The position numbers were made by a program, and so were the translations under genes. The notes below the pieces were generated by a model that ran no database searches, was not told where the DNA came from, and was given only the letters and a program-made list of their open reading frames with translations. DNA of 51,366 bases from an uncultured Candidatus Saccharibacteria bacterium (GTDB lineage: Bacteria; Patescibacteriota; Minisyncoccia; UBA6257; 1-14-0-10-40-38), in NCBI GenBank assembly GCA_964367145.1, contig CAYIWJ010000003.1:1-51366 (forward strand). The letters run 5' to 3'. Below are positions 1 through 7,641 of the stretch, in pieces. Within the stretch, counting starts at the first letter, position 1. Each line of letters starts with the position of its first letter.

Positions 1-54
1 TCTTGCCATCCTACTATTTAAATGACACGGTTTCAAGTCGGTTATCGGGAAGCA

Positions 55-84
55 TTGACAATAAATAGAATAAGATATTAAGAT
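55..84 (+). promoter_or_regulatory. sigma70-type promoter TTGACA-N18-TAAGAT
   Basis: TTGACA at 55-60 and TAAGAT at 79-84, upstream of ORF 154..567. Same architecture as 33189..33218. Confidence 0.5.
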
Positions 85-153
85 AAAGCCATCTCAAGGC
101 GCTGTGTTTTGAGACTTCTTTCTGCTCTTTTACAATCAAAAGGATTGGTATTC

Positions 154-567
154 ATGGCAAATATTTTGCAAGAGATCGCAAGTGAGCTGGCGAAGGATGA
201 TGGGGCGATTTTTGATCCAATTGCTAGCACCCAGCCTGGCGAGACAGAAGTTGGCGTTCTAAATGACGAACTCAAGAGGCTCTATAGCCTTTGGAAGGCC
301 AACGAGAAGATGGCTTCGCAGATTAAGCTCGACCTACGATATTCTCAAGTAGCTGAAGTGAAGAGGATCGAAATATTGGGACGGCAGATCCAGAAAGTTG
401 TTATTTTAGAAGCATCTTTTTGGGTTAGCGTGAAAGACAAGTTCAATCTTTGGGGTAAAGAAGCGGTTGGCGTGCGTAGGGGGTGGATGGTCGTCTGGGG
501 GAAAGCCGAGGATGGGATCAGGACAACCATGCGCGACATAGAGAAGCTCTTCGGGGAGCAAATCTAA
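154..567 (+). CDS. hypothetical protein
   Basis: ORF 109..567. ATG at 154 is preceded by AAGGA about 10 nt upstream. It has its own promoter and terminator. No motif recognised. Confidence 0.5.
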   Translation: MANILQEIASELAKDDGAIFDPIASTQPGETEVGVLNDELKRLYSLWKANEKMASQIKLDLRYSQVAEVKRIEILGRQIQKVVILEASFWVSVKDKFNLWGKEAVGVRRGWMVVWGKAEDGIRTTMRDIEKLFGEQI

Positions 568-636
568 AGACAAGAGCCAAAAAAGCCGAGTCAAACTAGG
601 CTGGTACGAAGTAAGTTGAATTAGACAAAAAACACC

Positions 637-665
637 CCGCGCAAAACCATTGCGCGGTTTTTTTA
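637..665 (+). terminator. rho-independent terminator
   Basis: Stem CCGCGCAA/TTGCGCGG followed by a T-run. Confidence 0.7.
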
Positions 666-766
666 TTGCCCAAGATGCCGCAGTAACCAAAAACCCAGAA
701 AAACAAGTTGTTTAATGTGAGTCGCGCCACTAACAGATGGCAAGCACCTTAACAAAGGAGTTACGA

Positions 767-1351
767 ATGACGAGTCTTAAAGAGCAGATTGCGCGTTACA
801 AAGACGCGCCGGAAAAAGAACCGCGAGTCGCCACCAGAATTTGGTTTGAATTACCAGTTAGTTCCAGTCATTCTTTTGAACTAGTTCATCTGATGAGTTT
901 GAACAACGCCCTACGAGGCGAGTCCACCGAAGAAGAGCGCTTGAGCATGTGCCACGAAGCTCTCGCGGTCTGGTGCCGCAACAACGCCCTGCTCGAAAAG
1001 CACGAAGGCGAACAGATTTTTGGCGGTTACCACGGCATTTACGGTGGAGAAGTTCTTGGTTTGCGATCAACAGACGGCGAAGCGCTGGAGATTTATCACG
1101 GCATTCCCTCGCGGGTCAACGGCTCTGGCCGAGGCCCAATCGGATGTCCCAAGAGACTTTGTGTTATTCGCGGAACATCCGAGGACATCCGCCGTTACGA
1201 GGCGGCAATTTTCGGCGGACAGCGTCTCGCCATTCCCTTGCCCGGCTACGCCTACGCCGAACTCGCCCCCGCGCTCATTCTGAAAACCGATTTTTGCAAA
1301 ATACCCGAAGATAGAGTTGGTGAAAAGTCGGCCGACTTTCAAACGTCCTAG
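767..1351 (+). CDS. hypothetical protein (GC-elevated ORF)
   Basis: ORF 737..1351. ATG at 767 lies 6 nt after AAGGAG. Several overlapping spurious ORFs on both strands, as expected for locally GC-rich coding sequence. Confidence 0.5.
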   Translation: MTSLKEQIARYKDAPEKEPRVATRIWFELPVSSSHSFELVHLMSLNNALRGESTEEERLSMCHEALAVWCRNNALLEKHEGEQIFGGYHGIYGGEVLGLRSTDGEALEIYHGIPSRVNGSGRGPIGCPKRLCVIRGTSEDIRRYEAAIFGGQRLAIPLPGYAYAELAPALILKTDFCKIPEDRVGEKSADFQTS

Positions 1352-1361
1352 CAAAAAAACA

Positions 1362-1385
1362 CGACCCTTGCGAAGGGTCGTTTTT
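1362..1385. terminator. bidirectional rho-independent terminator
   Basis: Stem CGACCCTT/AAGGGTCG flanked by an A-run upstream and a T-run downstream, between convergent ORFs. Confidence 0.7.
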
Positions 1386-1410
1386 ATTTCCGGTTAAACC
1401 AAGCACACCG

Positions 1411-1971
1411 CTAGCTATTCGGGGAGTGTTTTTGTCCCATAAGTATCCGTCGCCGTTCCGCGTCGCTCTCTACTATGCCGTTCAGCTCGTTCGTGTTGTT
1501 GATCGTAAAAGAAACCAGCTCCTCAAGCCTGCCAAGAAGCGCGGATTGAGACAGGTAGCAATTCGGAAAAGCCAGCACCGCGAGCCCTTGGATTACATTC
1601 AAGGAATTGAAGTAATCCCTCATGTTCTTTAATTCGGCGAACTCGGCGGTCAGCGCCACCTGTTCCGGACGTCGCTGGTGTTCCCACATCAAATCACGGA
1701 TCAGAGTGAAGGAGACTCTAAACCGATCAAGCGGCACGGCCTCACAGGCATGCACCAAAAAAATCCGCAGAGAAAAAATGACTTGAACCAAAAGCTCCGG
1801 ATCATAAACCTCCAGCCGGTAGTTTTCGGTTTCGCAATTCTTCTGCACCAAATGTCCGGCGGCGAGCGCAAAATCTCGGCTTTGCTTTTTGCAGGATTTT
1901 AACTCAATCTTTTTCCGTCTTGGAAGCAACGCCTTCGCTCGCGCCACGTCAGAACAGTTATCGCCTGTCAT
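1411..1971 (-). CDS. hypothetical protein
   Basis: 186-aa ORF. A strong AGGAGG lies 6 nt upstream of the ATG on the minus strand. Confidence 0.55.
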   Translation of the reverse strand: MTGDNCSDVARAKALLPRRKKIELKSCKKQSRDFALAAGHLVQKNCETENYRLEVYDPELLVQVIFSLRIFLVHACEAVPLDRFRVSFTLIRDLMWEHQRRPEQVALTAEFAELKNMRDYFNSLNVIQGLAVLAFPNCYLSQSALLGRLEELVSFTINNTNELNGIVESDAERRRILMGQKHSPNS

Positions 1972-2067
1972 TTATGTCCTCCTATTAAAAAGAACAAAGA
2001 ACTGGTAGTATGGTAATACAAACAAGCTAACTGTCAAACTGTTGACTGAATAAAACAATTCTCCATA

Positions 2068-2598
2068 ATGTTCTATATGAATACCCCGAGAAACAAAACT
2101 CTATTAGTCATTATTTTTCTTGTCGTCGCTGGCGCTCTTTTCTGGTTTCTTAAAGCCAAGATCACGACCGCGCCAATTTATCCGGGTCTTCCACCTGGTA
2201 CCGAAGAGGGTGAAATTATTCGGCAAGGTCCGCGATCGGGAGTTGCCGAAGCCAAGAATCTGGTCATCACGACCGAATCCGAGTGGCTAAAAACTTTTTT
2301 TGAGATTGCTCCGCACGTTTTTGTTGGCGACTATATGCCACCGATTGATTTCACCAAGGAAATCGTTATCGCTGTTTTCGCCGGTCAAAAACCGAACGGC
2401 GGGTATGGTTTCGGTGCTTATTTAAGTGGCGTTCGCCAAGCGGGGAGTCCGATTGTTGTTCATATCAGTGAAAATTCCCCAGGTCCGAATTGCGTTACCG
2501 AGCAAGTTCTCACCACGCCCTACGCTCTCCTTAAAGTTCCCAAAACCGGTCAGCGAATAGTTTTTGAAATAAAGAACTCGGTGGTTGATTGTAAATAA
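2068..2598 (+). CDS. membrane-anchored PrcB-like (protease complex subunit PrcB C-terminal domain) protein
   Basis: N-terminal TM helix. C-terminal segment AGQKPNGGYGF...PIVVHISENSPGP...TTPYALLKVPKTGQRIVFE resembles the PrcB_C pattern. The start could be ATG 2077. Confidence 0.5.
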   Translation: MFYMNTPRNKTLLVIIFLVVAGALFWFLKAKITTAPIYPGLPPGTEEGEIIRQGPRSGVAEAKNLVITTESEWLKTFFEIAPHVFVGDYMPPIDFTKEIVIAVFAGQKPNGGYGFGAYLSGVRQAGSPIVVHISENSPGPNCVTEQVLTTPYALLKVPKTGQRIVFEIKNSVVDCK

Positions 2599-2907
2599 TT
2601 TAAATAAAGGGGAAGAAAAATGCGCCTGTCTTGCTCCAAATAAAAAACCCCGAGAGCGCGTCGGGGTTTAAAGAGAGTCTGGATGCACCTAAGCCGCTAG
2701 ACCTTCGTCACTCTCTCAAACCACCTTGTCTTCCAAGGGGACCCGGCGAAACCTTGCCCAAAACAAGGCTCATCGATTGGACTACAAGAAGCGCTCTCGG
2801 AGTTACCAAAAGATTGTAGGTTAACTTCTCATTGCGGGCAAGAGCAAGTTTCAAGAGTTGCCAAGTGAATCGAAGCCCGCTAAAGTAGGTTGCAGAAGAA
2901 AATCACC

Positions 2908-4161
2908 ATGACCAAGAAACCGATTAGCTTACTGATCGCCGTTTTTGTCGCAGCCATCCTTGCGGCACTTTTTGTTTTGCCCCGCGGAATTGGCGCGCGT
3001 CTTCTACCTTGGCGTCTTGGTCTGGATTTAGTTGGTGGCGCGCATCTGGTTTATGAAATTGATATGCGCTCGGTAGACGCGGTAGATCGCGATTCAGTCC
3101 TTTCCGGTTTGCGCGGCGTGATTGAGCGTCGGGTCAATCTTTACGGCGTCAGCGAGCCGCAAGTAGTTACCGCTAAAGAGGGTGGTAACTATCGCTTGAT
3201 TGTTGAACTCGCCGGAATCAAGAATGTGGCTGATGCCATTAAAGAAATCGGCAGTACGCCATTTTTAATGTTTGCCGAAGTGGAAGAAGTTGCCACCTCG
3301 ACTGTTGGCACCACTACGCCAGCCACCGAAGCTCGTTTTATTCCTACTCAACTTACCGGACGCTATGTACGCGGCGCCCAACTGGCTTTGAGCAGTGTTA
3401 CCGGCGAACCCCAAGTAACTCTGGAGTTCGACAAAGAAGGATCTCAAATTTTTGAAACCTTAACTGGAAAAAATGTTGGTCGTCCGATCGCTGTTTTTTT
3501 AGATAACACGCTTATCACCGCTCCAATAGTTCAGCAAAAAATCACTGGCGGTCGCGCGCAAATCACCGGACGCTTTACGATTAAAGAAGCCAAGGAACTC
3601 GTCTCGCGCTTTAATGCCGGTGCTTTACCGGCCCCCATTAATCTGGTTAGCCAACAGACGATTGGAGCCAGTCTTGGCATTGATTCACTTAACCGGATTA
3701 TCTTTGCCGGAATCATTGGCACTCTATTGGTTATGCTTTTTATGGTTATTTATTACCGAACTTTTGGCTGGTATGCCTCTCTCGCGCTCTTAATCTACAT
3801 CGCCTTCAGTTTGTTTGTTTTCAAGATTTTTGGCATCACCATGACTCTGGCCGGTATTGCTGGTATTGTCCTCTCTATTGGCATGGCGGTTGATGCTAAC
3901 ATCTTAATCTTTGAACGGAGCCGAGAGGAGCGGGCTAGGGGATTGGATCGGGTTACCGCGATCGGCGAGGGCTTTAAACGCGCTTGGCCATCTATCCGCG
4001 ACTCCAACATCACGACAATTATCACCTCCGTAATCTTATATTATTTCACCTCTGGTTTTATCAAAGGCTTCGCGCTCGCCATGTTCCTTGGTGTTTTGGT
4101 GAGCATGTTTAGCGCCATTACGGTCACTAAAACCATGTTACGAGTCTTTGTTCGCCGTTAA
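2908..4161 (+). CDS. secD: protein translocase subunit SecD
   Basis: N-terminal TM helix, periplasmic domain and C-terminal 5-TM bundle with MAVDANILIFER. Followed immediately by secF. ATG 2908 chosen inside ORF 2890..4161. Confidence 0.9.
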   Translation: MTKKPISLLIAVFVAAILAALFVLPRGIGARLLPWRLGLDLVGGAHLVYEIDMRSVDAVDRDSVLSGLRGVIERRVNLYGVSEPQVVTAKEGGNYRLIVELAGIKNVADAIKEIGSTPFLMFAEVEEVATSTVGTTTPATEARFIPTQLTGRYVRGAQLALSSVTGEPQVTLEFDKEGSQIFETLTGKNVGRPIAVFLDNTLITAPIVQQKITGGRAQITGRFTIKEAKELVSRFNAGALPAPINLVSQQTIGASLGIDSLNRIIFAGIIGTLLVMLFMVIYYRTFGWYASLALLIYIAFSLFVFKIFGITMTLAGIAGIVLSIGMAVDANILIFERSREERARGLDRVTAIGEGFKRAWPSIRDSNITTIITSVILYYFTSGFIKGFALAMFLGVLVSMFSAITVTKTMLRVFVRR

Positions 4162-4168
4162 AAAAAAT

Positions 4169-5074
4169 ATGAAAAACATCATTGGTCGCAGATCAATATT
4201 TTTGTCGGTCTCAGGAACGTTGGTTGTGTTGAGCGTCATCGCGATAATCGTCTTTGGCTTCCGCTTCGGTATTGAGTTTAAGGGCGGCACCTTGTGGCAA
4301 TTATCGTTTGAGCAAAACAGCGCCGCCAAGGACACGCTGGAAACTTTTTTTAAAAATGAAATCAAAAAAGAAAATGTGACGGTTATTCCGCAAGAAACCG
4401 GCAAAATGTTTTTGATTCGGACGGAAGAAATCTCTGAACCGGAGCGACAAGAAAACCTAAAACTTCTGGAGACAAAGTTCGGTCCCGTGCAAGAGCTTTC
4501 CTTTCAAGCCATCGGCGCCTCAATCGGCAAGGAGCTGGGTCAAAAATCCATCACCGCCTTCCTTTTGGTGCTCTTCGCCATTTCAACCTACATCGCTTTC
4601 GCCTTTCGTAAATCTTCGCACCCGGTCAGTTCCTGGAAATATGGCCTTATCACTCTCGCGACGCTTTTTCATGACGCGCTGATTCCCGTCGGACTCTTCG
4701 CGGTGCTTGGCCATTATCTCGGCGTTGACATTGACGTTAATTTTATGGTCGCGGTTTTGGTCGTGATGGGATTTTCCGTTCACGATACCATTGTAGTCTT
4801 TGATCGTGTTCGGGAAAATCTAAAATCTCCCGAAGCTCGCAAAAAAGATTTCAATACTTTGGTGAACGAAAGCATCAATCAAACTCTGGCGCGCTCCATC
4901 AACACCTCACTCACTCTCGTACTTGTTTTGCTTGCCGTCTTATTTTTTGGCTCCTCAACGCTCACGTATTTCACTCTAACTATTTTGATCGGAACCATTA
5001 TCGGCACCTATTCGTCCATTTTTATCGCCAGCCCGCTTCTAACCTTGTGGCAGGGGAAGAAAGTGGAAATCTAG
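4169..5074 (+). CDS. secF: protein translocase subunit SecF
   Basis: GIEFKGGT motif and a C-terminal TM bundle with HDTIVVFDRVRE. ATG 4169 lies just after the secD stop. Confidence 0.9.
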   Translation: MKNIIGRRSIFLSVSGTLVVLSVIAIIVFGFRFGIEFKGGTLWQLSFEQNSAAKDTLETFFKNEIKKENVTVIPQETGKMFLIRTEEISEPERQENLKLLETKFGPVQELSFQAIGASIGKELGQKSITAFLLVLFAISTYIAFAFRKSSHPVSSWKYGLITLATLFHDALIPVGLFAVLGHYLGVDIDVNFMVAVLVVMGFSVHDTIVVFDRVRENLKSPEARKKDFNTLVNESINQTLARSINTSLTLVLVLLAVLFFGSSTLTYFTLTILIGTIIGTYSSIFIASPLLTLWQGKKVEI

Positions 5075-5104
5075 ACCCTAAAATAGGTGCAAGAAGAACC
5101 GGAC

Positions 5105-5134
5105 TTGACAGCCTATTGCGCTATGGATTACATT
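5105..5134 (+). promoter_or_regulatory. promoter TTGACA-N18-TACATT
   Basis: Hexamers at 5105-5110 and 5129-5134, upstream of 5180. Confidence 0.5.
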
Positions 5135-5179
5135 GTGGTAAAGTGATTTTAATTAAAAAGTAAGCTAAAAATCGTGATT

Positions 5180-6211
5180 ATGGAAAAAATAGTCAAAACA
5201 TTACTTCAGGGGCTCGACGCTCGCGCCAAAGACATCTTAACCGGTCGGTTTGGTCTTGACGGCAATGCCAGTTTAACCCTCGCCGAACTTGGCGAAAAGT
5301 ATAATATTACCCGCGAACGAGTTCGTCAGATTGAGGCTTTTGCCCTTGGTCAATCGGCGAAAAAAATGGACGAATCTGGCGCCTCCGCCTTAACGGAAAA
5401 AGCCCTGCGCTTCGTCAAAGAAATGGGTGGAGCAGTACACGACAACGCCCTTGTCGCCGAGTTGGTTAAAACCACCCCCAAAGCCATGGCCGATGCCAAA
5501 TCTGGCAATGCGGTTCGTTTTGTTATGGAACTCTCCGGAAAACTTATCGCGCATCGCGGTGATGACGACTATCATCCGTTTTGGTATCTAAACGAAGAAT
5601 CTAAAAAGAAGGCGGAAAATTTTGTTGGCCAACTGGTTAAGGCCGTCCGCAATTCCAAAGATGCTATGTTGCGCGGCGCGCAATACGACGGCGTTTTCGC
5701 GGAAGCCGTTAAAGCCTCCAAGATTAGCGAACCGGTCGGCAAAGTTTACATGGGTATCTCCCGCAAGTTTATGACCAGTCCCTTTGGCGATTTTGGTCTA
5801 GCGGAATGGGCGGAAATCAACCCCAAGACCGCGCGCGAGTGGGCTTACATCGTGGTTAAGAAGCAAAACAAGCCGCTTCACTTTACCGATATTGTCGCCG
5901 GAATTAATACCTATCGCAAAAATAAAATCGCTAACGTCCAAACCGTGCACAACGAGTTGATTAAAGATTCTCGCTTTGTTTTGGTTGGCCGCGGCATGTA
6001 CGGCTTGCAGGAGTTTGGCATCTTGCCCGGAACCGCGCGCGAAGTCATCGCTCATTTTATTAAAGAGAAAGGGCCCTTGCGCTCCGCCGATGTAGTTAAG
6101 TTCGTTCTTCAAAAACGCTTCTTTAAAGAGGGAACGATTATGATTAACCTGCAAAATAAGAAGTATTTCAAAAACCTTGGGAATGGAACCTACGATCTCC
6201 GCGAAGTTTAG
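5180..6211 (+). CDS. sigma-70 region-4-like HTH fused to a HARE-HTH (RpoE/delta-like) domain protein
   Basis: N-terminus LDARAKDILTGRFGLDG..TLAELGEKYNITRERVRQIEAFAL matches sigma70 region 4.2. C-terminus PLHFTDIV...VHNELIKDSRFVLVGRGMYGLQEF matches the HARE-HTH pattern. No region-2 motif seen. Confidence 0.6.
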   Translation: MEKIVKTLLQGLDARAKDILTGRFGLDGNASLTLAELGEKYNITRERVRQIEAFALGQSAKKMDESGASALTEKALRFVKEMGGAVHDNALVAELVKTTPKAMADAKSGNAVRFVMELSGKLIAHRGDDDYHPFWYLNEESKKKAENFVGQLVKAVRNSKDAMLRGAQYDGVFAEAVKASKISEPVGKVYMGISRKFMTSPFGDFGLAEWAEINPKTAREWAYIVVKKQNKPLHFTDIVAGINTYRKNKIANVQTVHNELIKDSRFVLVGRGMYGLQEFGILPGTAREVIAHFIKEKGPLRSADVVKFVLQKRFFKEGTIMINLQNKKYFKNLGNGTYDLREV

Positions 6212-6332
6212 CTTTTCATAATCGCAGTTAGTTCAAAAACCTTTTTCTTTGGAAATTTAATCGGCTATCAACATCCGAAGGACTTTTCCCATTTGCGAAA
6301 TACGGGCTTTCCCGTCATACTTTAAAAAAATA

Positions 6333-7586
6333 ATGTTCCAAGAAATCCTCGGCGGAGTCTGGCAGGCAGTTAGCAAGGCTTTTTCGGTCAGTTGGTGGCT
6401 TATCATTCCGATTATTTTAGGCAGTGTTCTTTGGGAGCGTTTTCGCTACTACACCCTCATCAACTTCTTCAAAAAGATGAAGTGGGTAACTCTCGAAATT
6501 CGCATCCCACAAATTATCGAAAAAACTCCCAAGGCCATGGAGCAGGTTTTTGCCGCGCTCCACGCGAGTTACGTTTTTAACATTAAATGGACCGAAAAAA
6601 ACTTTAAAGGCAAAAGTCAGGAGTGGTATTCCATTGAAATGGTCGGGATTGCCGGAGGGATTTATTTTTATATCCGAACCTCCGAAAATCACCGCAACCT
6701 GGTTGAGTCCGCCATCTACGCCCAATATCCCGACGCCGAAATCAGTGAAGTGGACGACTATGTAAGCAATTTGCCGAGTATCATTCCCAACAAGACTTAC
6801 GATCTCTGGGGAACCGATCTGATTCTAGGGCGCGATGACGGCTTTCCGATTCGCACCTATCCGGCTTTTGAAGAAAAAAAGGACGAAGCCTTGCTTGACC
6901 CCATGGCCGGTATCGCCGAGGTCATGTCTCGTCTCAAAGAAGGCGAGATGATTCTTCTGCAATTTTTAATCCGACCGACTAACGACGACTGGAAGAAGAA
7001 AGCCGAAGAAACTCGCGATAAAGTAATGGGTCGAAAGAAACCCAAAAAAGCCGGTTTTGCCGATGATGCTAAGGATCTAATCGGTAGCTTTTTCAAAGGC
7101 CCATTTGCCGAAGTTGAATTTAAGAAAAAAGACGAAAAGCCAATGACCGAAAATCTGATGATGGGTAAAACTCCGGGCGAAAAAGAAATTATTGAAGGTA
7201 TTGAGAAAAAAATGGCCAAGCTCGCTTTTGATACGCGCATTCGATTTATCTACATTGACCGCCGCGAAAGTTTTAGTCGTGGTTATATCTCGGCGGTACT
7301 AGGCGCCTTCCGCCAGTATGACACGCGAGACATGAACTACTTCCGCCCCGATATTGACACCATGACCAAGGGCAAATTTCCTTTCAAAGCCCGCAAGGCC
7401 GAAGCCAAAAAACGCAAAATCTTCAAAGCCTATCGCTACCGCATGATGGGCCGAAAAAATTCCATCATGAACGTGGAAGAGTTGGCGACCATTTTCCACT
7501 TTCCGGCTATCGCGGTCAAATCTCCGATGTTGCGCCGCTTAAGCTCGCGCAAAGGCGAACCACCGGCCGGACTGCCAATGGAGTAA
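6333..7586 (+). CDS. membrane-anchored N-module of a split VirD4/TraD-like translocase (uncharacterised domain)
   Basis: N-terminal TM helix. Colinear with residues ~1-330 of fused ORF 35232..37532 (for example EELATIFHFPAIAVKSP vs DELASFFHFPTSGFQVAKIASVKS). Confidence 0.7.
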   Translation: MFQEILGGVWQAVSKAFSVSWWLIIPIILGSVLWERFRYYTLINFFKKMKWVTLEIRIPQIIEKTPKAMEQVFAALHASYVFNIKWTEKNFKGKSQEWYSIEMVGIAGGIYFYIRTSENHRNLVESAIYAQYPDAEISEVDDYVSNLPSIIPNKTYDLWGTDLILGRDDGFPIRTYPAFEEKKDEALLDPMAGIAEVMSRLKEGEMILLQFLIRPTNDDWKKKAEETRDKVMGRKKPKKAGFADDAKDLIGSFFKGPFAEVEFKKKDEKPMTENLMMGKTPGEKEIIEGIEKKMAKLAFDTRIRFIYIDRRESFSRGYISAVLGAFRQYDTRDMNYFRPDIDTMTKGKFPFKARKAEAKKRKIFKAYRYRMMGRKNSIMNVEELATIFHFPAIAVKSPMLRRLSSRKGEPPAGLPME

Positions 7587-7641
7587 ACTGTATTTCAGTT
7601 TTGGAAAATGCTACTATTATTGCTGGCTTTTGTCCGGCGCT

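Noticed and set aside
858-1354. Four overlapping ORFs (858..1070 -, 949..1314 +, 1020..1283 +, 1067..1354 -) inside 767..1351
   Set aside because: These are Arg/Pro/Ala-rich shadow frames of a locally GC-rich gene. None has an RBS. Only the 767 frame has AAGGAG plus ATG and reads into the terminator.
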